Of a stretch of DNA of 64,000 nucleotides, positions 27,908 to 37,177 are shown piece by piece (within the stretch, counting starts at the first letter, position 1; each line of letters starts with the position of its first letter). The translations under genes were made by a program, and so were the position numbers. The stretch comes from a candidate division WWE3 bacterium. Its GTDB lineage: Bacteria > Patescibacteriota > WWE3 > JAPLWK01. The stretch spans positions 75,817 through 139,816 of the forward strand of contig JAPLWK010000008.1 of NCBI GenBank assembly GCA_026396615.1, written 5' to 3'. Under the pieces are notes generated by a model. That model made no database searches, was not told where the DNA came from, and saw nothing but the letters and a program-made list of their open reading frames with translations.

Positions 27908-27936
27908 TTGACTACCATCTAAAAAAGGCGTATAAT
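27908..27936 (+). promoter_or_regulatory. Sigma70 promoter for ssrA
   Basis: TTGACT-17 nt-TATAAT. Confidence 0.8.
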
Positions 27937-27960
27937 GGTTCCCAGGCACTTTAAAAACAT

Positions 27961-28330
27961 GGGGACGACGGGTCTAGACTAGATTCTGTCGATTACCTGT
28001 TGCAAGCCCAGCCAAGTTAACTGGTAAAACTGACTTAAAACATAATTGCTGACAAAACAGCTACTGTTCCCGCTTACGCCTACGCTAACGTGTATGCTTA
28101 AGTTTTCGAACCGTTCTTAAGAGTGATTTTTCCTAGGTGATCGCTTAAGGGCGTAATAAAATCTGGGATCGGGGGTTCTACCGGTGAGTAGAACTTTTTA
28201 GGCATTATTCACCACTGGCTTACTTTGTTTGTTGATTTAAAGGAGTAAGTTTTATCTAAAAATCATCTATGCTTGTAGATACGGGAGTCAAAGCTTTAGG
28301 ACGAGGGTTCAACTCCCTCCGTCTCCACCA
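27961..28330 (+). ncRNA. ssrA: tmRNA
   Basis: 5' GGGGAC, 3' GGTTCAACTCC...GTCTCCACCA; tag ORF 28048-28101 ADKTATVPAYAYANVYA* after ATAATT; smpB is in the window. Confidence 0.92.
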
Positions 28331-28439
28331 AAAAATCTTAGTGAAGTGCCTTAGTAGGCACTGAACTTAGAGTTTTTGAGTGCCCTCCGTAGCTTTAGCG
28401 GAGGAGGGCGGGTGTAAAACTAAACTTAAGAAAAAAAAG

Positions 28440-28465
28440 AAAATCCTCCACTCGGGGGATTTTTT
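28440..28465. terminator. Bidirectional intrinsic terminator
   Basis: aaaatcctcc-actc-gggggatttttt, flanked by A and T runs between convergent ssrA and RDD genes. Confidence 0.7.
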
Positions 28466-28487
28466 AGTTTCTTAAGACTTGTGATCC

Positions 28488-29348
28488 TTATGTCCGACTA
28501 TCTCGCCAAATCACCTCGCAGTTTTGCTTCAGCATATTAAAATTACTACATTTTCCATCCCCCTGGCCGGTAAAACCACCATCAGGAGAACAAATCATCT
28601 TTCCATTAAAATCATAAACTCGGCTCGGAACGTCACAACAGTGAGCCGGCTGATAAATCACAGTTTGACCGTTGTACAGGCATTTTAACAGTGCCGCTGG
28701 TGGGTTGGCCACCGGAGCAGCCGCTTCGGAAGCAATCAGATTTGTAAGCCACGGCGACTGCGGTGTTTGATTTTTTCCAGGAAAGGTACTTTCTATTTTT
28801 AGAACTAATTTCCCCAAGTCATCTCTTAACACTTGATTGTTTACTAAACTTTGATAACTCCCATACCAACCACCAACGTTCGTCACTAAAAGTACCAGCA
28901 CCACCAAAATTCCCAGCGGCCATAGTGGGCGTTTTCGAACCACTGAAGAACCAACTAACAAATCGTGCCAAGCCAAACGTTCCTTTCGCAAGGTCCAAAA
29001 GAAGCCCAAGCAAAAAAGGGCGGCCGACAGAACATACCCTACTGTATAACGAAGCAGTGACGTTGCTAAAGACAGATGTTTATTGTCGATGTCACAAATT
29101 TCTATCCCCACCAAAAGCTTTCCTAAAGTGCCGCCAAAGAAATGCGTAAATAAAACCCGATAAACCAGGACTAACCCGATATCGTTAAGAATCACAATTC
29201 CAAAAATAGTTAGAGAGCTGGTAAGGAGCTTTACTAAATTTGGCTGATTTAGAAAAACTAAATAAAACGCCCCCATATTTATAAGGCCAAAAAGTAAGGC
29301 GTCAATTATTCGGGCCAAGAGCCGTTCCCAAAAAGTGGCTTTGATCAT
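28488..29348 (-). CDS. RDD family protein fused to a C-terminal Cys-containing domain (DUF6970-like)
   Basis: ATFWERLLARIID, GTLGKLLVGI, WHDLLVGSSVV (RDD); then YNGQTV...CCD...ICSPDGGFTGQGDGKC. Confidence 0.8.
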   Translation of the reverse strand: MIKATFWERLLARIIDALLFGLINMGAFYLVFLNQPNLVKLLTSSLTIFGIVILNDIGLVLVYRVLFTHFFGGTLGKLLVGIEICDIDNKHLSLATSLLRYTVGYVLSAALFCLGFFWTLRKERLAWHDLLVGSSVVRKRPLWPLGILVVLVLLVTNVGGWYGSYQSLVNNQVLRDDLGKLVLKIESTFPGKNQTPQSPWLTNLIASEAAAPVANPPAALLKCLYNGQTVIYQPAHCCDVPSRVYDFNGKMICSPDGGFTGQGDGKCSNFNMLKQNCEVIWRDSRT

Positions 29349-30298
29349 TTAACCTCCTTAGGTTCCTTCAAATCTTTAAAAAGCGTTGACCAAGTAGCAT
29401 ATTTAAAAGCGGTGAAGATGCCCAGCCCTAGCGTCACGATGGTCAAAAGAGCCAGTCCCAAAATCACAAATACCGGTATCAGTAGCCAACCAACGACTGG
29501 TATCAAACTAAAAACTATTAAAATCAAAATGACTACGGTCGAAATTGGTACGAGTACGCACCCCAGACCACAACCCAGTAAAGTGTTAACAAGACCAATC
29601 AGCAAGGTCGACGACAAATTCTTCCAAAACATTTTAAAACCCTCTTTAAAGGCCGCCCACCAGCCTAAATTATGAATAACGATTAAGCGTTCGCCCCACA
29701 AACTAGCCACACCAGTAAAGAAACCGCCGATCACAACAGCCAGTATCCCCGAAATCAGAACCAAAAATCCGAGGAAGGTTGCCTGTCGTGAAACAATTAG
29801 AATTGCCCCAATTCCCCCAATTGCCCCTAAAGCAAAGAGGAGCAGAAGTTTCGGGAGAAAGCTCAGGGCCGCCAAACTCTTCCAACTTTTTTTACCCCAA
29901 TGAGAAATTTCCGGAAAACCAACTTTAGTGCCGTTAAGTGCTTCATAGGTGCCTCCAATTAGGGCCCCGACCGCGAAACTGCGAATTAATAAAGCGACGG
30001 CGATACCAACCACAATCGCGATGACGACGGCGACAGCGACAAAGACCCAAGTCGTCATTGGAATCTGTTTAAGCAAACCTAAGATGATATTGCTTAAAGA
30101 TGAAAATGTTGATTCAACATTCTTAAGTGACGCTGACGCTGATGAAGAACCGGTCTGTGACTTACCAAAATTACTAAAATTACCACCGGAAAATCCAGTC
30201 CCGCCGGTCACCGCCATGACGAGGACCCCAATTACCCACAGGACTTTATTGTTCTTAACCGCTTGCCAAGCGCGTTTATAAACACTACCTAAATCCAT
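29345..30298 (-). CDS. Polytopic membrane protein of unknown function
   Basis: KRAWQAVKNNKVLWVIG, about 6-7 TM helices, W...F..L C-terminus. Confidence 0.65.
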   Translation of the reverse strand: MDLGSVYKRAWQAVKNNKVLWVIGVLVMAVTGGTGFSGGNFSNFGKSQTGSSSASASLKNVESTFSSLSNIILGLLKQIPMTTWVFVAVAVVIAIVVGIAVALLIRSFAVGALIGGTYEALNGTKVGFPEISHWGKKSWKSLAALSFLPKLLLLFALGAIGGIGAILIVSRQATFLGFLVLISGILAVVIGGFFTGVASLWGERLIVIHNLGWWAAFKEGFKMFWKNLSSTLLIGLVNTLLGCGLGCVLVPISTVVILILIVFSLIPVVGWLLIPVFVILGLALLTIVTLGLGIFTAFKYATWSTLFKDLKEPKEVK

Positions 30299-30359
30299 AT
30301 CTATATATTATAACGAAACTTAATGATTTTTTCATGTCCTTCAGGTAGAATGACTAAAC

Positions 30360-30743
30360 ATGAAAAAGACTACTATTTTACTTGTTATTGCTTTAGGTTT
30401 AGTTATCGCTGGCTGGTTTTTATTGAGATCAAAAGGGAGTAGCACTCCGTCAAAGAATAGTGAAGCTTCCTCGTCTGCGATGATCCTTTTCTACGGTGAC
30501 GGCTGCCCCCATTGCAAGAACGTTGATGATTTTGTAGCTACCGTTCCCAACCTTCAAAATAAATTAGGTTACAGTCACAAAGAAGTTTTTCTGAATAAAG
30601 ACAACGCCGCCACAATGCTGGACAAAGCCAAGACTTGCAAGCTGGACACGACTCAAGGCATGGGCGTGCCATTCCTGTGGACGGGATCGGCCTGTGTTGA
30701 AGGAGACACTGATATAATTAATTTCTTTAAGAGCAAATTGTAA
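30360..30743 (+). CDS. Membrane-anchored thioredoxin-fold protein (CPHC)
   Basis: N-terminal TM/signal, ILFYGDGCPHCKNV, cis-Pro motif GVPFL. Confidence 0.85.
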   Translation: MKKTTILLVIALGLVIAGWFLLRSKGSSTPSKNSEASSSAMILFYGDGCPHCKNVDDFVATVPNLQNKLGYSHKEVFLNKDNAATMLDKAKTCKLDTTQGMGVPFLWTGSACVEGDTDIINFFKSKL

Positions 30744-30750
30744 AAAACAT

Positions 30751-30961
30751 GTCATTCCGGCCCCGGAGCCGGAATCCAGTAACTTCCGATTTTAGTTATC
30801 AGTTCTCGGTTGTCGGTTGTCAGAATTTAGTTGCCCAGTTTTCAGTTTGTCGGTCAAATTGACTGATTAACAGACAACTGACAAACCAACATCTGAAAAT
30901 AGAAAACTGAGAACAGATAACTTGATCGATTTACTGGATTCCGGGTCAAGCCCGGAATGAC
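30751..30961. repeat. GTCATTCC B/A doublet enclosing a 129-nt heptamer-periodic palindrome (30794-30922)
   Basis: Type B at 30751-30782 and reverse type A at 30931-30961; the inner agttatcagttctc...gagaacagataact resembles 43589-43717. Confidence 0.9.
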
Positions 30962-30970
30962 AATATTATT

Positions 30971-31471
30971 GTGTCATTTCTAATATCACTACTTTCAACA
31001 ATCTCGACCCCAGCCTACGCCATCTGCCCCGTCTGCGTCGTGGCTGTGGGCGCCGGCATTGGACTCTCTCGCTATCTAGGTGTTGACGATACTATCACCG
31101 GACTCTGGGTCGGAGCTCTAATCGTTTCAATGATTGTAACCACGCTAGACTTTCTAAAGAAACGTCACTGGGTCTTTAAAGGCGTCGGAATCGTCATCAC
31201 TCTTGGATATTACCTTCTCGTCATCATCCCACTCTACCTAAAAGATATCATTGGCCACCCTTTTAATAGGATTTTAGGAATCGACAAATTAGTTTTCGGA
31301 ATTATCTTTGGGACTATGGCACTGATTGTTGGACCCAAAATCCACGCTTGGCTTAAAAGTCGACATGGCGATAAATCATATTTCCCCTTTCAGAAGGTCG
31401 CTGTCCCCGTCTCGCTCTTAATAATCTTAAGTGGTATATTTTATATATTCACTAAATTCTATGGAAGATAA
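30971..31471 (+). CDS. Membrane protein with N-terminal CPVC motif
   Basis: PAYA|ICPVC, GVDD...GLWVG, about 4 TM helices, YFPFQKV. Confidence 0.7.
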   Translation: MSFLISLLSTISTPAYAICPVCVVAVGAGIGLSRYLGVDDTITGLWVGALIVSMIVTTLDFLKKRHWVFKGVGIVITLGYYLLVIIPLYLKDIIGHPFNRILGIDKLVFGIIFGTMALIVGPKIHAWLKSRHGDKSYFPFQKVAVPVSLLIILSGIFYIFTKFYGR

Positions 31472-31988
31472 AAATATTGACGCCTTAATTAAAAAAATAA
31501 ACGATGCTAAAAAGCAAAATCCTCTGGACCTGTCGTCCGATGAGGATCTGTCGATTGCCATCATGAACCTGGTAAGTATAGAAGAACATCTATTCTTTAC
31601 CGCCGAAAAAACTAATCAACCCAATTATTATGACCTCTTAAACGAGGTTCGCGAAATCAGAAAGTCGCTCCTAGCCAAGATTGTGACCAATCCTAAGGGA
31701 GAGGAATGGTGCATCAGCAAACATCTGCTGGCCTCCTCGATGCGGCTGATGGAAGTTGGTACCAAGCAGCTTTCTAAAGGTAATAAAGATGAGGCCTACG
31801 ACCTATTTCGCAAAGCCTACGACCTGTATTCCATGTTTTGGGGGATTAATTTAAAAGTGATTCAACCCTCAGAAGTAAAGAAAATTGACGAAACGGCCAT
31901 TAGCAAATCCGACCCCACCCCATCTGCCGGTTTCACCGGCAAACTCGGCGACCTCGTCCGCAGAGCCATTAATTGCTGTATCGAGTAA
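31461..31988 (+). CDS. Helical cytoplasmic protein with C-terminal CC motif
   Basis: DLS.DEDLSIAIMNLVSIEEH, WCISKHLL, ends INCCIE; start taken at MEDK. Confidence 0.7.
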   Translation: MEDKNIDALIKKINDAKKQNPLDLSSDEDLSIAIMNLVSIEEHLFFTAEKTNQPNYYDLLNEVREIRKSLLAKIVTNPKGEEWCISKHLLASSMRLMEVGTKQLSKGNKDEAYDLFRKAYDLYSMFWGINLKVIQPSEVKKIDETAISKSDPTPSAGFTGKLGDLVRRAINCCIE

Positions 31989-32004
31989 ACACCTCCGTAA
32001 TTAT

Positions 32005-32077
32005 GTCATTCCGGGCTTGACCCGGAATCCAGTAACCGAAAATTACATGTAGAGACGCAGCATGCTGTGTCTCTACA
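32005..32077. repeat. Solo GTCATTCC type A (32005-32035) plus GTAG REP hairpin (32048-32077)
   Basis: gtcattccgggcttgacccggaatccagtaa; tgtagagacgcagcatgctgtgtctctaca. Confidence 0.85.
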
Positions 32078-32111
32078 ATTATTTTTGGCTGCGCCACGTT
32101 AGATCTTTACG

Positions 32112-32202
32112 TGGCGGAGGGGGTGGGATTCGAACCCACGTGCCCCTTGCGGGACGCTTAGTTTTCGAGACTAGCCCATTGTGACCACTTTGGTACCCCT
32201 CC
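32112..32202 (-). tRNA. tRNA-Ser(CGA)
   Basis: Reverse complement GGAGGGGTACCAAAGTGG...TAGT-CTCGAAA-ACTA...variable arm...GGTTCGAATCCCACCCCCTCCGCCA. Confidence 0.93.
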
Positions 32203-32243
32203 GCGTAACCTGTATTTTAGCACTGATCTGCTAAAATGAGGCC

Positions 32244-34001
32244 ATGGATACGAAGGAATCACCCATTAAAGAAATTAAATCGAAGATTTCAATTGTTGAT
32301 CTTGTCTCTTCCTACGTCCCCCTAAAAAAATCCGGCCGAAATTACAAGGGCTTATGCCCTTTTCACAACGAGAAGACCCCATCTTTCATGGTCAACCCCG
32401 ATCTTGGCATGTTTAAATGTTTCGGTTGCGACGCCCACGGCGATCAGTTTGAGTTTATTCAGCAAGTCGAAGGAGTGGATTTTCCGGAAGCCTTAAAGAT
32501 TTTAGGCCAAAAGACGGGAGTGGAAGTTAAGAACTTTAAAAGTTCCGAGGACGCAACTCGGTCATCGCAGCGTGACCGTTACCTCGCCATCAACAGCCAA
32601 GCCGCCGAATTCTTTCACTTTATTTTAACCAAACATAAAATCGGAGCGGAAGCCTTAGAGTACCTTCATAAACGTGACGTTAGCGACACAACTATTAATG
32701 AGTTTAAACTCGGTTATGCCCCCAATTCCTGGCACAGTCTAGCCGATTTTCTAAACAAAAAAGGCAAACGGCCGGAAGAAATTATTGGCGTGGGCCTATC
32801 AATCCTCGGTGACAATGGCCGGGCGCATGATCGCTTCCGCGGCCGCGTCATGATCCCCTTCTTTAACTTAAGCAACGAAGTCATCGGCTTTACCGGGCGG
32901 ACTCTGCTCCCGGGTGAAGAAGCCAAGTATGTTAATTCACCCGAGTCGCCGGTTTTTAGCAAGAGCAATTTTTTATTCGGTTTAAATGCCGCGCGTCTGG
33001 AAATTAAAAAAAGCGACCTGGCTATCATTGTGGAAGGCCAAATGGATTTTTTAACGCCTTTTCAAGCCGGTTTTAAAAACATTGTCGCTAGCGGCGGAAC
33101 GGCATTGACACTGGGACAACTCAACCTGCTAGGACGATATACCAAAAACTTGGCCCTCTGTTTTGATGGTGACAAAGCTGGTGAAATGGCCATGCGGAGG
33201 GCGATTAACCTCTGCGAGGAAAAAGGCTTTAACGTTAAATTAATTATTTTGCCCAAAGAGTTTAAGGATCCGGATGAATGCGTCCGTCATGACCCGGAAA
33301 TTTTTAAAAAAGCCGTCAATGATGCTTTAAACGCCTATGATTTTTACTTCGTTAGTGCCGCTAAAAGATTTGATTTAAATTCGGCCGTTGGCAAAAAAGA
33401 AGCTAGTAATTTTCTACTTCCGATCATTAAAGAAATCCCGAGTATCATTGAACAGGCTCACTACATTCAAAAAGCGGCCGACGTGCTTAAAGTGTTGCCG
33501 GAAGTTATTAGTCGCGCTTTACAATCAACCGCTGTTAAAGTTGATCGGGATTTTAAGGATGATCACCAAGCAATCAGTGTTAGCCGCGGAGTGGCTGGTC
33601 GGGAAGAATTTCTCCTATCGACGCTTCTCAAGGCCCCTATTAACGATATTTTGCCGATTATTGATGAACTTGCCAAAAAAGACTTTAGTGAAAATAATCA
33701 GAGCCGTTTTGAATACCTTAAAGAACACTTGCTGCTGGAACCCGATATGGATATAACGGAATTTGTGACCCAAAGCCTGGAACCGGATTATTGGCAAAAC
33801 CTGTTATTGCTGGATAGTGGCGACTTTAAATTGGAAATACTGCTGGATTTGGTAAAGTATCTTAAAAAAGAGGCCCTTAATACTCGGCTGCGGGAACTGG
33901 GCGGTAAAATCAAGACCGCCGAAGTAGCCAGTGACAAAGATAAAGTGGCTGAATTGCGTTTGGAGAGCAAGGAAATATATGATAAAATCGGCTCATTATG
34001 A
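32244..34001 (+). CDS. dnaG: DNA primase
   Basis: [11 protein letters not shown]...CFGC Zn finger, [35 protein letters not shown]. Confidence 0.97.
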   Translation: MDTKESPIKEIKSKISIVDLVSSYVPLKKSGRNYKGLCPFHNEKTPSFMVNPDLGMFKCFGCDAHGDQFEFIQQVEGVDFPEALKILGQKTGVEVKNFKSSEDATRSSQRDRYLAINSQAAEFFHFILTKHKIGAEALEYLHKRDVSDTTINEFKLGYAPNSWHSLADFLNKKGKRPEEIIGVGLSILGDNGRAHDRFRGRVMIPFFNLSNEVIGFTGRTLLPGEEAKYVNSPESPVFSKSNFLFGLNAARLEIKKSDLAIIVEGQMDFLTPFQAGFKNIVASGGTALTLGQLNLLGRYTKNLALCFDGDKAGEMAMRRAINLCEEKGFNVKLIILPKEFKDPDECVRHDPEIFKKAVNDALNAYDFYFVSAAKRFDLNSAVGKKEASNFLLPIIKEIPSIIEQAHYIQKAADVLKVLPEVISRALQSTAVKVDRDFKDDHQAISVSRGVAGREEFLLSTLLKAPINDILPIIDELAKKDFSENNQSRFEYLKEHLLLEPDMDITEFVTQSLEPDYWQNLLLLDSGDFKLEILLDLVKYLKKEALNTRLRELGGKIKTAEVASDKDKVAELRLESKEIYDKIGSL

Positions 34002-35089
34002 ATATTTCTAAAATTCCGGGGTTAGAGAAGCTCATTACCAAAGGCAAGAAACAGGGCTACGTGACCCAAGAAGAAATATTTAAGATTTTCCCGGCCGCCG
34101 AGGACGACCTCGAAACCTTAGACGCCATGTATACCAAGCTCATAAGCCTTGGGATTGACGTTTTTGAGGACTTGGAAAGTGCTAAGGGCAAAGAAAGTAA
34201 AAAAGAAATTCTCTCCGAAAAAGAGCTCCAGTCGGCAGCGCCACTTGATAAAGCCGTCAGTAATGACCCGGTGCGGATGTACCTGCGGGAAATTGGCCGC
34301 GTGCCTCTAATTGATAAAGCCGGTGAAGTCGCTTTGGCTAAAAGAGTCGAAAAAAATGATCAGGAAGCCGTCCATGATCTGATTCGGGCTAATTTGCGGC
34401 TAGTCGTCTCCATTGCTAAAAAATACATGAACCGCGGCATGGTTTTCCTTGATTTAATTGAAGAGGGTAATTTGGGCTTAATGAGAGCTGTGCAAAAATT
34501 CGACTGGCGTCGTGGTTATAAATTTAGCACTTACGCAACTTGGTGGATTCGTCAAGCCATTACTCGGGCCATTGCCGACCAAGCCCGAACGATTCGAATT
34601 CCGGTCCACATGATTGAAACGATCAACAAATATCGCCGGGCCGAACGGGAACTATCTCAAAAACTGGAAAGAGAACCTAAAGTGGAAGAAATTGCTAAAG
34701 CGGCCGGTCTTGAGTTATTCCGAGCTAAAGAAATCGTTAAAATGCTCAACCAGGAGCCAACTTCTCTAGAAACGCCGGTTGGTAAAGAAGAAGATAGCCG
34801 CTTAAAAGAATTTATCCCGGATGATGATTTGTCGTCTTCCCCGGAAGCTTCGGCTAGCTTTGAGTTATTAAAAGAGCAATTAAAAGAAGTGCTGGACACT
34901 CTGGGTGAGCGGGAAAAGAAAGTGTTGCGGCTGCGCTTTGGGATTGACGATGGTCGTAACCGAACGCTGGAAGAAGTTGGTAAGCAGTTCGGGGTCACTC
35001 GGGAAAGAATTCGGCAGATTGAAGCTAAAGCTCTTCGCAAGTTACGGCACCCTAGTCGTGCGAAAAAACTCAGGGACTATCTAGCGTAA
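33998..35089 (+). CDS. rpoD: Primary sigma factor RpoD/SigA
   Basis: [70 protein letters not shown]. Confidence 0.98.
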   Translation: MNISKIPGLEKLITKGKKQGYVTQEEIFKIFPAAEDDLETLDAMYTKLISLGIDVFEDLESAKGKESKKEILSEKELQSAAPLDKAVSNDPVRMYLREIGRVPLIDKAGEVALAKRVEKNDQEAVHDLIRANLRLVVSIAKKYMNRGMVFLDLIEEGNLGLMRAVQKFDWRRGYKFSTYATWWIRQAITRAIADQARTIRIPVHMIETINKYRRAERELSQKLEREPKVEEIAKAAGLELFRAKEIVKMLNQEPTSLETPVGKEEDSRLKEFIPDDDLSSSPEASASFELLKEQLKEVLDTLGEREKKVLRLRFGIDDGRNRTLEEVGKQFGVTRERIRQIEAKALRKLRHPSRAKKLRDYLA

Positions 35090-35097
35090 TAAACCTT

Positions 35098-35164
35098 GTC
35101 ATTCCGGGCTTGACCCGGAATCCAGTAACAACAAAACAACTGTAGGGGCGCCTTTTTGGCGCCC
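35098..35164 (+). repeat. Left ends of the nested cassette: GTCATTCC type A (35098-35128) and GTAG REP (35142-35164)
   Basis: gtcattccgggcttgacccggaatccagtaa; gtaggggcgcctttttggcgccc. Confidence 0.85.
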
Positions 35165-35173
35165 GCATTGAAT

Positions 35174-35755
35174 CTAAATTTTATTGTCAATAAAAATATC
35201 TGCTGCACCATCAGGTCGATACTTATTAAAAAAGTCTCGGTCATTGGGCATAAATAAATTGTCCCATATATCTGCAATTTCTGTGTTGTTATCTTTAAGC
35301 AAGTCTCGATTTTTTCCAAACTTGGTGGCAAGTTCAAGTGATAAGTTAATCCAAATTTTAAAATCAAAATAAGATACTGTTTCTGGGTGGAAAATACTAC
35401 AACCTTCGACTATTTGAAACATCTTCTTTTCCAAAGAAATAGTTATTTCAGCTTTTACACCTGGCCAAAAAGCACTATCGTAAATTATTGGCCAAATATT
35501 TTTCTTCGCAGGATCTATAACTTCTTCGATTAGCCTTTTTCGATTAAAATTACTCCAGTCGCTATCTCTACGCCACGGAAATTGGGAACTAAAGGAATCA
35601 ATTGAAACAATATTACAATTACCTAATCTGTCTGCAAGTTCCCTTGCAAGCGTGCTTTTACCGGACCCACCGAAACCAGAGATACCAATAATATATAAAT
35701 CTTTACCAGCACTTTCTGTAGTAATTTTTGTGATAGCTTCTGAAATATCAAACAT
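35174..35755 (-). CDS. Uridine kinase/PRK-like P-loop kinase (AT-rich)
   Basis: IIGISGFGGSGKST, SIDSF, IVEG, FDFKIWI; start re-set to MFDI (TATAAT 6 nt upstream). Confidence 0.75.
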   Translation of the reverse strand: MFDISEAITKITTESAGKDLYIIGISGFGGSGKSTLARELADRLGNCNIVSIDSFSSQFPWRRDSDWSNFNRKRLIEEVIDPAKKNIWPIIYDSAFWPGVKAEITISLEKKMFQIVEGCSIFHPETVSYFDFKIWINLSLELATKFGKNRDLLKDNNTEIADIWDNLFMPNDRDFFNKYRPDGAADIFIDNKI

Positions 35756-35793
35756 GCTTAAATTATATACGCTCAAAAATCTTAAATAATTGC

Positions 35794-35872
35794 GGGCGGG
35801 AAAACCCCGCCCCTACGATCGGAATCGTTTTTAGTTATTGTAACTGGATTCCGGCTCAGGGGCCGGAATGAC
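35794..35872 (-). repeat. Right ends of the nested cassette: GTAG REP (35794-35816) and GTCATTCC type B (about 35841-35872)
   Basis: gggcgggaaaaccccgcccctac; ctggattccggctcaggggccggaatgac. Confidence 0.85.
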
Positions 35873-36826
35873 ATGCCTAACAGCTTCCCAATATTCAGGG
35901 TGTCCTTGTGATTTGGCCCACAGCCACCACTCCACTCCCCACAAATAAACCCGCGAATAATTGCTGGCCGAAATATAATGCAAACTTTTAGTAAACTGCT
36001 CAATACTTAAAATCTTTGTTTGATCGGCGATTGACAGGCCAGTAAGTCCATTTTGACCCCAGGGCTCCATTTGCAGTTCCGTCGCCCAAACTTTTTCTGG
36101 AACCCAACCTGTTAAATACCCTTTTAGATAGTAGTAAACTAGCGGAAATTTTAAATTAACGTAACCCAAAGTCTGGTTATAAGCCTGGCGATAAATACTA
36201 ATTCCTAAAATGTCCGCTGACCCTTTTAGAGGCCTCCACGGACCCCATTCTCCGGAATCCGTGATAACAACTAGACGTGTAGGGTCGAGTGACCGCACGT
36301 AATCAGCCTCGACCTTAAGATCGGCCGCGGTTGATGTCCCACAACTGCCAAAATTAAATAAAGGCTCATTTTCCACCTGCCAAGCAATGACTAGCGGATT
36401 ATTTTTGTAACGATTAACGACCGCTTGGTACATTTTAAATAAAGATGTCCGGTCACCCCACGCTGGTTGGTAACATTCCGGCCAGCGCGGCGCTTTCTTG
36501 CCCATGGCGAGTAGTATCGTGGCATTGCGAGAACTTGCTTCTTTGACCTCGTAATCCAGTTCTGAAAAGTCGTAATGACCTGGAGATAATTCGATCTGAT
36601 CCCAATACGCCACTAGCCTTAGATTTCGAACCTTGAGATCGTCAAGGACATCCTTGTAGGCCTTTTTCCAGTCTAAGCCCAAATAAGTGGCATACTGCGG
36701 CGTAAAAGTGACTCCAAAAATTGGAGGGTTTGCCGGAGCGGAGAAATAATTTAAATAAAGAAGATAAATTCCAAAGATACTAAAGATTGCGATGATTCCA
36801 ATGATTAACTTCCGACGGATAGTCAC
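35831..36826 (-). CDS. Membrane-anchored clan GH-A glycoside hydrolase (GH5/GH42-like)
   Basis: FGVTF, YWDQIE..PG.YDF, acid/base WQVENEP, nucleophile TELQMEPW, LWGVEWW; the last residues are encoded by a repeat. Confidence 0.8.
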   Translation of the reverse strand: MTIRRKLIIGIIAIFSIFGIYLLYLNYFSAPANPPIFGVTFTPQYATYLGLDWKKAYKDVLDDLKVRNLRLVAYWDQIELSPGHYDFSELDYEVKEASSRNATILLAMGKKAPRWPECYQPAWGDRTSLFKMYQAVVNRYKNNPLVIAWQVENEPLFNFGSCGTSTAADLKVEADYVRSLDPTRLVVITDSGEWGPWRPLKGSADILGISIYRQAYNQTLGYVNLKFPLVYYYLKGYLTGWVPEKVWATELQMEPWGQNGLTGLSIADQTKILSIEQFTKSLHYISASNYSRVYLWGVEWWLWAKSQGHPEYWEAVRHVIPAPEPESSYNN

Positions 36827-36844
36827 CCTTTAATATTAGTGTTT

Positions 36845-37177
36845 TTATTCGTAATTAACCACTGAGACTTTAATTGTTTGAGGCTGATAGATTTCGGAAA
36901 TGACAGACTTAAATGTATCGGCGCTAATCGACTCTGGAGAGCTGGTGACGAGATCAAAATGCAAGTAACCCAGTTCCGGCCAGGCATGAATCGCTAAGTG
37001 ACTCTCCGCCAACACGAAGACCTGCGTAAAGCCTTGCGGCTCAAAGGGGTGATTAAATTCTTCGACTACGGTTAAATCTAGTTTTTTAACAAGTTCTCGT
37101 CCAGACTCAGGAGACACGGCTGACGCAGCCGTGTCGAAAGCTTGAGCAACAAGATGATTAATTTTAGGAGGCAGCAT
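36845..37177 (-). CDS. speD: S-adenosylmethionine decarboxylase proenzyme-like protein
   Basis: H.FEPQG...VLAESHLAIHAWPE.GY..FD; start re-set to MLPPK. Confidence 0.75.
   Translation of the reverse strand: MLPPKINHLVAQAFDTAASAVSPESGRELVKKLDLTVVEEFNHPFEPQGFTQVFVLAESHLAIHAWPELGYLHFDLVTSSPESISADTFKSVISEIYQPQTIKVSVVNYE

Noticed and set aside
27826-28490. Prophage or island integrated at tRNA-Arg or tmRNA
   Set aside because: No integrase and no duplicated 3' end were noticed, and the flanking genes are ordinary.
32214-32237. TTAGCACTG/ATCTGCTAA as a CIRCE upstream of dnaG
   Set aside because: It lacks the 9-nt spacer and is better explained as divergent extended -10 boxes.
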